NCBI GenBank assembly: GCA_949299195.1
Contig: CASFZN010000020.1
Span: forward strand, 48,903 to 112,902
Origin: an uncultured bacterium
GTDB taxonomy: Bacteria > Bacillota_I > Bacilli_A > RFN20 > CAG-826
Reading direction: 5' to 3'
Length of the DNA: 64,000 nt
Shown here: piece after piece, positions 1 through 8,747 of the stretch
How the letters are laid out: every line of letters begins with the position of its first letter
Numbering within the stretch: the first letter of the stretch is position 1
Made by a program: the position numbers and the translations under genes
The notes under the pieces: generated by a model
What the model was told of the DNA's origin: nothing
The model's database searches: none
Seen by the model: the letters and a program-made list of their open reading frames with translations, nothing else

Positions 1-2
1 CT

Positions 3-869
3 TTTAATAATGCTGGTATCGATATTTTAGGTCCTACTAGTTTAATTAATTATTCTAACGACCATTACTTACTTTTTATTACATCTTTATTAATTATTTT
101 AGGTGGTATTGGATACTTTGTTATTGTTGATGTCGTTAGAAATAAATTTAGATTTAAAAGATTATCTTTACATACTAAAGTTGCTATTTCTTATTCTTTA
201 TTTTTAATTATTTTTGGAACTTTAGTTATCTATATTACTGAATTATTTAATAGCGTTAGCGTTGTTTCAGCAATGGATGCTTATTTTTTAAGCGTTAGTG
301 CTAGAACTGCAGGTTTTACGTCAGTTGATTTATATACTGTTAGAAATGCGTCCTTAATTATTATATGTATATTAATGTTTATTGGTGCTTCTAGTGGCGG
401 ATCTGGTGGCGGTATTAAGGTTACTACATTCGCAATCTTTATTGCATACATGAGAAGCTTAATAACTGGGAAACCGTCGACATTATTTAAAAGAAATCTT
501 CGAGATGATTTAATTAAAAAAGCTATGGCTTTAACGATGCTTGGATTCTCTTTCTTCCTTTTAGGATTATTCTTAATTAGTGCTATTGAAGGAAATAGAG
601 TTTATGTTCTTGATGGAGTAAGAATTTATGAAGAAGCTGAAGGAGCTTTATCTTTTACTACCATCGACTTTGCTTTTGAAGCGATGTCAGCTTTTGGAAC
701 AGTAGGTTTAACAACTGGATTTACTCCATATTTTTATGATGCATCTAAGTTTATTTTAATTTGTTTAATGTATATTGGTAGAGTTGGTCCAATGACTATC
801 TCAATCATGTTTAAGCCAAGAAAAGAACAACTATATCGCTATGTTAGTGAAGATATAAGTGTTGGTTAA
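3..869 (+). CDS. ktrB: Ktr/Trk K+ uptake membrane subunit, 5'-truncated by the window edge
   Basis: The frame of ORF 273..869 is open back to base 3 (FNNAGIDILG..., IILGGIGY). It carries pore-loop motifs RTAGF, GASSGGSGGGIKVTT, SAFGTVGLTTG and MYIGRVGP. Confidence 0.85.
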   Translation, partial: FNNAGIDILGPTSLINYSNDHYLLFITSLLIILGGIGYFVIVDVVRNKFRFKRLSLHTKVAISYSLFLIIFGTLVIYITELFNSVSVVSAMDAYFLSVSARTAGFTSVDLYTVRNASLIIICILMFIGASSGGSGGGIKVTTFAIFIAYMRSLITGKPSTLFKRNLRDDLIKKAMALTMLGFSFFLLGLFLISAIEGNRVYVLDGVRIYEEAEGALSFTTIDFAFEAMSAFGTVGLTTGFTPYFYDASKFILICLMYIGRVGPMTISIMFKPRKEQLYRYVSEDISVG

Positions 870-957
870 TTTATTAACTAAAAAATAAATAATTTTTAAT
901 AAAATTTATATATAAATTAAGGATAAATATTTAAAAGATTCAAGGAGTGTAATTTAT

Positions 958-1617
958 ATGAGTAAGATTAAAAGTTCTATTGGAATTATTGGGCTAGGAA
1001 AATTTGGTTCCTATATTGCCCAAGAATTAGGTAAAAATGGGAAAAGTATCGTCTGTATTGATAAAGATGAAAATAAGGTAAAAAAGATTCTTCCTTATAG
1101 CGATGCCGCATATGTAAGTGAAGATTTATCAATCAAAACCTTAGAAGATACAGGTTTTAAAGAATGTGATTATATTTTAATTTGTATCTCTGAACACTTA
1201 GATACTGCGATTTTTGCTACCTTAAATGCCTTAAATTTAGGAGTAGAAAAAGTTATTTCAATTGCTAATAGTGAAGAACAAGGATTAGTCTTAGAAAAAC
1301 TTGGTGCTGAAGTTATTTATCCTTATAAAGATAGTGCTGATAGACTTGTTAAAAAGATTTTGAATAATAACTTTTTAGATTATATTGCCCTTAATGATGA
1401 TGTTGAAATTATTGAAGTCAAGGTTCCTAAATCCTTAATCGGAACTAGTGTTATTGAATCTGATATTAGACAAAAATACGGCATAAATATCATTGCTATT
1501 GAAAGCGAAGACAAAATTACAACCCGTATTCATCCTAACTATAAATTTAATAAGGAAGACGCTTTAGTTGTTATTGGTGATACTGATCAATTAAAGAAAT
1601 TCCAAAATAAAGAATAA
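958..1617 (+). CDS. ktrA: Ktr/Trk K+ uptake regulatory subunit (RCK_N + RCK_C)
   Basis: Rossmann IIGLGKFG motif and C-terminal RCK_C (DIRQKYGINIIAI); AAGGAG RBS; follows ktrB. Confidence 0.85.
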   Translation: MSKIKSSIGIIGLGKFGSYIAQELGKNGKSIVCIDKDENKVKKILPYSDAAYVSEDLSIKTLEDTGFKECDYILICISEHLDTAIFATLNALNLGVEKVISIANSEEQGLVLEKLGAEVIYPYKDSADRLVKKILNNNFLDYIALNDDVEIIEVKVPKSLIGTSVIESDIRQKYGINIIAIESEDKITTRIHPNYKFNKEDALVVIGDTDQLKKFQNKE

Positions 1618-1698
1618 TACTACCCAAAATGAGATATTTTACTCTATAATATTGGTAGAAAATTAATAAATATTTAAGAAAAACGGAGTATCTTAAAA

Positions 1699-3597
1699 AT
1701 GGCTTATGGATTACTTTATGACTTTCTAAGCGGTCAAACTATTGAAGCATATAAATATTTTGGTGCTCATTTCACCCAACGGGAAGTCGAAGAGGATATG
1801 GAAGTTCCTCTTAAAAAAGACCAAACAAGGTCAAAGACAATTAAACATAAAAAGTTAGTTGATGGTGTAGTTTTTAGACTTTATGCACCAATGGCAAGCG
1901 ACGTAAGTGTAATAGGAGACTTTAATAACCGGGATCCTTTTGTTCATAAAATGAATAAGATTGATGATTCTGGTGTTTTTGAACTTTTTATTCCTAATTT
2001 ACACAATTATTCTTCTTATAAATTTCACTTTAAAAATGCACATGGAGAATATGTTGATAAAGCAGACCCATACGCATTTTTTAGTGAATATCGTCCAGGA
2101 ACATGTTCAAGATTATTTAATATTGAAGGATTTATTCGGCATGATCGTCCATATTTAAATACTAGAGACCGTAATTTTGACCGCCCAGTTTCAATTTATG
2201 AAATGCATTTAGGTTCTTGGAAAGGAAAGGTTGATGGAAGAAATCTTTCTTATGAAGAAATCGCAGATTATTTAATTCCTTATTTAAAGGATTTAGGTTT
2301 TACCCATATTGAAATCATGCCAATTGTTCAATATCCTTTTGATGGTTCATGGGGATATCAAGCAACAGGTTTCTTTAGTGTTGACTCTCGATATGGTAAT
2401 CCATTCCAACTTATGAGTTTTGTCGATAGAATGCATCAAGCTGGAATCGGAGTTATTTTAGATTTTGCTCCAGTTCATTTTGCAACTGATTCATGGGCAT
2501 TAACAATGTTTGATGGTACTCCGATGTATGAATATGGAGATTCTCATATGTATTCTCCTTGGGGTAGTAAACAATTTGACTTAGGAAAAGATCCAGTTAG
2601 AAGTTTCTTAATGTCAGCAATGAACTATTTCCTTGATTATTTCCATTTCGATGGCATTAGAGTTGATGCTGTTAGTAATATTGTTTATTGGGATGGCAAT
2701 AAGAATAATGGAGAAAATACCGGAGCTACCGAATTTATTAAAAGATTAAACGGTAAAATTCATATTGCTCATTGTAGCGTAATGATGATTGCTGAAGATT
2801 CTACCGATTTTACAATGGTTACTAAACCTACCGATTGGAATGGCTTAGGATTTGATTATAAATGGGATTTGGGATGGATGAATGACACCTTAAAATACTA
2901 TAAACTTGATCCTATTTATAAAAAATATGACCATAATAAGCTTACTTTCTCGATGGCATATTTCTATAGTGAAAATTTCATGCTTCCTTTATCTCATGAT
3001 GAAGTAGTCCATGGAAAAGGAACTATTTTAAATAAGATGTATGGAGATTATGATACTAAATTCGCATTAGTTAGAAATCTTTATACCTATCAATTTGGTC
3101 ATCCAGGTAAAAAGCTTAACTTTATGGGAAATGAACTTGCTTCTTGGGATGAATGGAATGAAAATAAATCACTTCCTTGGGATTTAAAACGTTTCCCTAA
3201 ACACGATAGTGTCTATAGACTTGTAAGAGATTTAAATCTTATCTATAGAAACGAAGAAGCAATGTATTTTGAAGAATATAATCCAGTTCATTTTAACTGG
3301 CTTATGGTTGATAATGCTAATGATAGCGTCTTTGCTTTTGAAAGAAGAGTTAAGGATTCTCATTTAGTATTTATCTATAATATGACTCCTAATTACTATG
3401 AATATTATGATATTGGTTTAACTAGAAGTGGAACTTATGAAGAAATATTTAATAGTGATAAGGATGTTTATGGCGGATCTAATGCATATAATGGACTTCC
3501 TTTAACAAGTAGTGAATGGGGACCTGAAAATAAACCTCATAAATTAACTGTTAAACTAGCTCCTTATGCAGCAATGATCTTTAAATTTAAAGAATAA
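1699..3597 (+). CDS. glgB: 1,4-alpha-glucan branching enzyme (GH13_9); contains 3 in-frame CGG codons
   Basis: IYEMHLGSW, SWGYQATGFF, DGIRVDAV (nucleophile), IAEDST (acid/base) and LSHDEVVHGK motifs. Confidence 0.97.
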   Translation: MAYGLLYDFLSGQTIEAYKYFGAHFTQREVEEDMEVPLKKDQTRSKTIKHKKLVDGVVFRLYAPMASDVSVIGDFNNRDPFVHKMNKIDDSGVFELFIPNLHNYSSYKFHFKNAHGEYVDKADPYAFFSEYRPGTCSRLFNIEGFIRHDRPYLNTRDRNFDRPVSIYEMHLGSWKGKVDGRNLSYEEIADYLIPYLKDLGFTHIEIMPIVQYPFDGSWGYQATGFFSVDSRYGNPFQLMSFVDRMHQAGIGVILDFAPVHFATDSWALTMFDGTPMYEYGDSHMYSPWGSKQFDLGKDPVRSFLMSAMNYFLDYFHFDGIRVDAVSNIVYWDGNKNNGENTGATEFIKRLNGKIHIAHCSVMMIAEDSTDFTMVTKPTDWNGLGFDYKWDLGWMNDTLKYYKLDPIYKKYDHNKLTFSMAYFYSENFMLPLSHDEVVHGKGTILNKMYGDYDTKFALVRNLYTYQFGHPGKKLNFMGNELASWDEWNENKSLPWDLKRFPKHDSVYRLVRDLNLIYRNEEAMYFEEYNPVHFNWLMVDNANDSVFAFERRVKDSHLVFIYNMTPNYYEYYDIGLTRSGTYEEIFNSDKDVYGGSNAYNGLPLTSSEWGPENKPHKLTVKLAPYAAMIFKFKE

Positions 3598-3657
3598 GAA
3601 TAAAATAGAATAAGACTATTAATTTTTATATAATTATTAAGTTGTTTTAAATAAATT

Positions 3658-3692
3658 AAATTCATTTCTCTTTTATAACGAGAAATGAATTT
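3658..3692 (+). terminator. 13-bp hairpin between glgB and glgP (terminator or mRNA-stabilising stem)
   Basis: AAATTCATTTCTC (3658-3670) pairs with GAGAAATGAATTT (3680-3692); 9-nt loop. Confidence 0.5.
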
Positions 3693-3734
3693 ATTATTTA
3701 TATAAAAGAAAAGAAAAAAGAAGAAGGAGAAAAT

Positions 3735-6146
3735 ATGTACTTTTCAAATAAGGAAGAATTCAAAAAAGAGTACACTAATAGAATTATTGCAAAATATGGT
3801 AAAAGTCCAGAAGATGCACATATTAGTGAACAATTCGATATTTTAGGAGAACTCGTTAGAGATTATAGCGGTGTTAACTGGAGAAATACTCGTCAAAGTG
3901 TTACTCAACATGGTGGTAAACAACTTGTTTATTTCTCAATGGAATTTTTAATTGGCAGACTCTTAACTTCCAATATGATGAATTTAGGTATCTTTGATGT
4001 TGTTAAAGAAGGACTTAAAGAATTAGGAATTGATATTGGAAGACTTGAAGATGAAGAAGCTGATGCTGGATTAGGAAATGGTGGCTTAGGTAGACTTGCT
4101 GCATGTTTTTTAGATTCTATCGCATCTTTAGGTTATCCAGGAAACGGTAACTGTATCCGTTATGAATATGGTTTCTTTAAACAAAAGATTATTAATGGGG
4201 CTCAAGTAGAACTTCCAGATCAATGGTTATCTAATGGATTCGTTTGGGAGGTTAGAAAACCTAAACATTCCTGCGAAGTTAACTTTTATGGAAACGCAGA
4301 AACTTATTTAAAATCTGATGGAAGCTATGCAATTAGAACTTCAAATGCTATTAAAGTTAAAGCTTGTCCATATGATGTTTATGTTGCTGGATATAAAAAT
4401 GGTATTGCTAATACTTTAAGATTATGGAGTGCACAACCAAGTGAAGAAAATATTCCAACCAACCAATCTTTTGAAGAATATTTACAAACTTTAAGTGAAT
4501 TATGTCATGGTCTTTATCCAGATGATTCAACTGAACATGGAAAATTATTAAGATTAAGACAACAATATTTCTTCGTTTCAGCCGGATTACAATCAGTTAT
4601 TAGAACTCATAAAAGAGTTTGTGGAACCTTAGATAATTTACCTGAAAAATACGTTTTCCAACTTAACGATACCCATCCAATCTTAGCAATCCCAGAATTA
4701 ATGAGACTTTTAATGGATGAACATGGTTATGGATGGGATGATGCTTATGCAATTGTTGAAAAGTGTTTTGCTTATACCAACCACACAATCATGGCAGAAG
4801 CCTTAGAAAAATGGCCAATTAGATACGTTCAACAATTATGCCCAAGATGTTATATGATTATTGAAGAAATCAATAGAAGATTCCTTCTTTGGTGTAATAA
4901 AAATAACATCAGTGACGGCGAAAAATTCAATATGTCTATCATTAAAGATGGTATGATTCATATGACAAATTTGGCTTGTTACGTTGTTTTCTCAATTAAT
5001 GGCGTTGCAGCATTACATACTGAAATCTTAAAGAAAGATACGTTAAAAGAATTCTATAAATATTTCCCAAATAAATTTAATAATAAAACTAATGGTGTTA
5101 CCCATAGAAGATGGTTAATGTATGCAAACCCAGAATTATCTGATTTTATTACCAAAAGAATCGGAGAAGATTGGAAAAAACATCCAGAACAATTAGAAAA
5201 ATTATTAGAATTTAAAGACGATAATGAATCTTTAGTTGAATTAAGACAAATTAAATATAATAACAAGGTTAAGCTTGCTAAATATATTAAAGAACATAAC
5301 GATGTTGAAGTTGATCCTAATTCAATCTTTGATATTCAAATTAAGAGATTACACGCTTATAAAAGGCAATTATTAAACGTCTTTAAAATCATTCATTATT
5401 ACTATCAAATTAAAACTAATCCAGAGTTTAAGATGGTTCCTCATACCTATATCTTTGGTGCAAAAGCTGCCCCTTCATATGCTTTTGCTAAAGAAATCAT
5501 TTTACTTATTACTCAAGTAGCAAAAGTAGTTAATAATGATCCAGTAGTTTCTAAATATATGAAAGTTGTATTTATCGAAAACTATGGCGTTTCTTTAGCA
5601 GAATTAATGATTCCTGCAGCAGATATTTCAGAACAAATTTCAACCGCTGGTAAAGAAGCTAGTGGTACTGGTAATATGAAATTTATGATGAATGGTGCTT
5701 TGACTTTAGGTACTTTAGATGGTGCTAATGTTGAAATTAATGAAAGAGTTGGAGATGAAAATTCATTTATCTTTGGATTAAAGGTTAAAGATATTGAAGA
5801 TATTAAGGCTAAAGGATTATATAATCCATGGGATTTGTATAATAATAATCAATATATTAGAGTCGTATTAGATTCATTATTTAAAGGTCCATGGTGTGAA
5901 AATATTCCTAATAGATTTAGAGGAATTTTCGATGAAATCATGAATCATAATGATGAATATTTCACTCTCTTAGACTTTGATGCTTATATTAAAGAAAATG
6001 TTAGAGTTGATGAATATTATTTAAAGAGAGAAGAATGGTTCAAATCTACTTTAATTAATATCGCATTAAGTGGATATTTCTCAAGTGATAGAACAATCGA
6101 AGACTATAATAGAGATATCTGGCACTTAAAGAAAGTAGAACTTTAA
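3735..6146 (+). CDS. glgP: Glycogen/maltodextrin phosphorylase (GT35)
   Basis: LGNGGLGRLAACFLDS, QLNDTHP, KTNGVTHRRW, IKRLHAYKRQ and EASGTGNMKFMMNG (PLP lysine) motifs. Confidence 0.97.
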   Translation: MYFSNKEEFKKEYTNRIIAKYGKSPEDAHISEQFDILGELVRDYSGVNWRNTRQSVTQHGGKQLVYFSMEFLIGRLLTSNMMNLGIFDVVKEGLKELGIDIGRLEDEEADAGLGNGGLGRLAACFLDSIASLGYPGNGNCIRYEYGFFKQKIINGAQVELPDQWLSNGFVWEVRKPKHSCEVNFYGNAETYLKSDGSYAIRTSNAIKVKACPYDVYVAGYKNGIANTLRLWSAQPSEENIPTNQSFEEYLQTLSELCHGLYPDDSTEHGKLLRLRQQYFFVSAGLQSVIRTHKRVCGTLDNLPEKYVFQLNDTHPILAIPELMRLLMDEHGYGWDDAYAIVEKCFAYTNHTIMAEALEKWPIRYVQQLCPRCYMIIEEINRRFLLWCNKNNISDGEKFNMSIIKDGMIHMTNLACYVVFSINGVAALHTEILKKDTLKEFYKYFPNKFNNKTNGVTHRRWLMYANPELSDFITKRIGEDWKKHPEQLEKLLEFKDDNESLVELRQIKYNNKVKLAKYIKEHNDVEVDPNSIFDIQIKRLHAYKRQLLNVFKIIHYYYQIKTNPEFKMVPHTYIFGAKAAPSYAFAKEIILLITQVAKVVNNDPVVSKYMKVVFIENYGVSLAELMIPAADISEQISTAGKEASGTGNMKFMMNGALTLGTLDGANVEINERVGDENSFIFGLKVKDIEDIKAKGLYNPWDLYNNNQYIRVVLDSLFKGPWCENIPNRFRGIFDEIMNHNDEYFTLLDFDAYIKENVRVDEYYLKREEWFKSTLINIALSGYFSSDRTIEDYNRDIWHLKKVEL

Positions 6147-6169
6147 TCAAAAACTTATTCAAATTTTAT

Positions 6170-6203
6170 AACACCTAAGTCAGTTTGATTTAGGTGTTTT
6201 CTT
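6170..6203 (+). terminator. Rho-independent terminator of glgP
   Basis: AACACCTAAGTC / GATTTAGGTGTT stem followed by a T run. Confidence 0.7.
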
Positions 6204-6423
6204 ATTGGTCAAAAATCATATTATTAGGAGTTTTTTAGTGAACTTTGACCTATTTTAAAACTACTGAAAATCGACTAGCGATTTTACTAGTCAATTTTCA
6301 GAGTATATTTTTAAGATTATTTTACGATAATTTCGTTAACGAATTTTAACTTATTTAAAATTTATTTAAAAAGCGAGAGAAGTTAAAAAATAACGAAAAT
6401 TATCGTGTTTTTGAATACACAAA

Positions 6424-6480
6424 AAAACTACTAGTTTATTCGCTAGTAGTTTTCTAGTAGTTTTTTAGTAATTTTCTAGT
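6424..6480. repeat. 11-bp tandem array CTAGTARTTTT (x3.5) plus one inverted copy; also forms a minus-strand terminator-like hairpin
   Basis: Units at 6443, 6454, 6465 and 6476; exact inverted unit AAAACTACTAG at 6424-6434. Confidence 0.7.
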
Positions 6481-6483
6481 ATA

Positions 6484-6915
6484 TTATTCTTCAATATTTA
6501 CATGCCCTAAAGCATCTTGAACACGACTTCTTAAATATGAAAGGATCGATTTTCTAGTAATGATACCAATAAAGACACCTTTATCATCAACAACAGGTAC
6601 AAAGTTTTGTTCCATTGCCATATTAATTAAGGCATCCATAGGTTCTAAAACGTTAATAGCAGTATAACTTCTATAGGTTGGAACTTCTAAAACATTAATA
6701 TTGTTATATTCATTAACGTTAAACTTTAAATTATTTTTAACATAATATAATAAGTCACCTTCATTAATAGTTTTAATATAACAACCATTTTCATCAATTA
6801 TTGGAAGTACTGTATATCGATAGTGTTCAAATATTTCTAATACTTGTCTTATAGACATATTAGAAACTATCGATTTAATCTTAGATTTTGGGGTTAAAAA
6901 GAAAAGAATATTCAT
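6484..6915 (-). CDS. Tandem CBS-domain protein, YkuL/DarB(CbpB)-like
   Basis: Start moved to ATG 6915 (MNILFFLTPK) behind an AGGAGG RBS. Two CBS motifs: YTVLPIIDENG and FVPVVDDKGVFIGIITRKSIL. Confidence 0.8.
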   Translation of the reverse strand: MNILFFLTPKSKIKSIVSNMSIRQVLEIFEHYRYTVLPIIDENGCYIKTINEGDLLYYVKNNLKFNVNEYNNINVLEVPTYRSYTAINVLEPMDALINMAMEQNFVPVVDDKGVFIGIITRKSILSYLRSRVQDALGHVNIEE

Positions 6916-6959
6916 AACAACTAATTTCCTCCTAAATAACAACTTATCTATTATTTTAT

Positions 6960-7532
6960 CTATTTTTCATAAACATATCGATTCAAAATTTTTAAATCTT
7001 TAAAAATAAAGATAAATACTAACGAAATTGATACTCCAATAACTCCTTGAATAACATCATATCCACTAGAAATTAAAGAAGTAGTTAAATCAAAATTATA
7101 AACGATTAAATAATAGATAAAATAAGATAAAACCATTGGAATAAAGGATAGATAAATAACTAAGTATTTTATTTTAGTTTTATATAAATATTTATAGATT
7201 AAAAAAGCTAATAAACATTCTAACGATTTAGCAATTATAGTAAAAGGGATACAAGTAAAATATCCTCCTACTAAATCCCCTAATCCACATCCAATAATAG
7301 TAGAAAATATCCCAATTATTGGACCAAAACTAATAGTTAAAAATATTGCTATTCCATCACTTAAATTAAAATATCCTAATCCCCCTAAATAAGGTATTTG
7401 AATAAAATAAGTAAAGATAAAAATTAAAGCACTAGATAGTGCTAAATAGGATATTTTAATTATTATATTTCTAACATTAAAATGATGAACACGTTCATCA
7501 TTTTGATTATTTATTTTTAATAAATTCTTCAT
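6960..7532 (-). CDS. ECF transporter S component (substrate unknown)
   Basis: About 6 hydrophobic segments; ALSSALIFIFT, GYFNLSDGIAIF, GCGLGDLVGGY and IIAKSLE patterns typical of S components. Confidence 0.7.
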   Translation of the reverse strand: MKNLLKINNQNDERVHHFNVRNIIIKISYLALSSALIFIFTYFIQIPYLGGLGYFNLSDGIAIFLTISFGPIIGIFSTIIGCGLGDLVGGYFTCIPFTIIAKSLECLLAFLIYKYLYKTKIKYLVIYLSFIPMVLSYFIYYLIVYNFDLTTSLISSGYDVIQGVIGVSISLVFIFIFKDLKILNRYVYEK

Positions 7533-7950
7533 AAAATTCTTCTATTGTATAAACTTCAATATTATGTTCTTTTAAAAACTTAGTAAAGATTCCTTCCCCT
7601 TTAAGTAAGCCTCCATCAAATCTACCATTATGAATTTCATGGACCCCACAAGAAGGAGATCTATCAGTTAAAATAGCTTTGGTACAGTGTTTATATGAAA
7701 TTGGATTCATACATTTTCTCGCACCTTCTTTAAAATAATGGGTTACATCCTCCCCTTCTTTATTAATAACAACTCCACTTCTAATTTCACTAGGAATTCT
7801 AGGAATTCCTAATCCACCCATAACTTCTGGACAAAGTGGAAGAAGTTCAAATTTCATTAATATTTCTTTAACTAAAGGATTATATTTTCCTTTTCCATCA
7901 TATCTAACTTTATCGCCAACTAAACACGCACTAATAATTACCGTTTCCAT
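7507..7950 (-). CDS. DUF523 / YbbK family Fe-S protein (2-thiouracil desulfurase TudS-like)
   Basis: ISACLVGDKVRYDG, LCPEVMGGLGIPR and DRSPSCG motifs with the conserved Cys residues. Confidence 0.85.
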   Translation of the reverse strand: METVIISACLVGDKVRYDGKGKYNPLVKEILMKFELLPLCPEVMGGLGIPRIPSEIRSGVVINKEGEDVTHYFKEGARKCMNPISYKHCTKAILTDRSPSCGVHEIHNGRFDGGLLKGEGIFTKFLKEHNIEVYTIEEFYEEFIKNK

Positions 7951-8021
7951 ATTCTATTAAATTTATTTTACCCTTAAAACAAACTCAAATTATAGATTAA
8001 TTTAAGGTATAATTCTAGATA

Positions 8022-8747
8022 GTGAACTCAAAATTAACTCTTTTAGGAAATGTAGATATTAATGGAAGTGTTTATAAGGTATATTTAAACACTTCTTTAA
8101 AACATTTTAAAAGAATCTCTTATCGCTATAAAAATGGTGAATTCATCGTTAATTACCCTCTTAAAATCTTAGTTAATAAAGAAAAAGTATTAAAAGAAAT
8201 TAAAGAATGGGGAATTAAACTAGATAAAAAGAATCGCCTTATAAATGAAAGTGATGATTTTATTAAAATAGATGAATATAATCATAGATTTATCTATATT
8301 TTAGGTAAAAGATATTATTTAAATGAAAATAGTGAAATAACATTTAAAAATATTAATATAAAGGTTGAAAATAAAGACATATTCTATAAAAGACTCTCTA
8401 AATATATTTATAGTGATTTAGAAACTAGATTTAGAGAATATGAAATAAAAATGGATATACCTATTAAATATAATTTAAAACTAAAGAATACTAAAACTAG
8501 ATATGGTAGTAACTCTAAAAAAACCAATACCATTTATCTTTCATATATGCTTTTTCCTTATGATTTAGAAATAGTTACCTCTACCATTGTTCATGAACTC
8601 GCCCATTATTACGTATTTAATCATTCCAAAGAATTTTATAAAGTAATTAATAAATACTTTAAAGAATATAAAAAAATGGATTATTATTTAAAACATAAGA
8701 TTTATGAATTAAATAAGAAAGAAAATAAAGAAGATGGAAAAAAGTAG
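8022..8747 (+). CDS. YgjP/DUF45-like zinc metalloprotein (HExxH)
   Basis: TRYGSNS and IVHELAHYYVFNHSKEFY motifs; GTG start 8 nt after TATAAT. Confidence 0.7.
   Translation: MNSKLTLLGNVDINGSVYKVYLNTSLKHFKRISYRYKNGEFIVNYPLKILVNKEKVLKEIKEWGIKLDKKNRLINESDDFIKIDEYNHRFIYILGKRYYLNENSEITFKNINIKVENKDIFYKRLSKYIYSDLETRFREYEIKMDIPIKYNLKLKNTKTRYGSNSKKTNTIYLSYMLFPYDLEIVTSTIVHELAHYYVFNHSKEFYKVINKYFKEYKKMDYYLKHKIYELNKKENKEDGKK

Noticed and set aside
2388-2390. CGA reassignment
   Set aside because: CGA sits at conserved Arg sites (GlgB DSRYG, RluD HRIDKDTSG).
5363-5365. AGG-to-Met reassignment (reported in another uncultivated Bacilli clade)
   Set aside because: AGG occupies invariant Arg positions here: GlgP HAYK[AGG]Q, RuvB L[AGG]P and RS[AGG]LTPR.
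6443-6480. CRISPR array
   Set aside because: The units are 11 bp and contiguous with no unique spacers, and there are no cas genes in the window.
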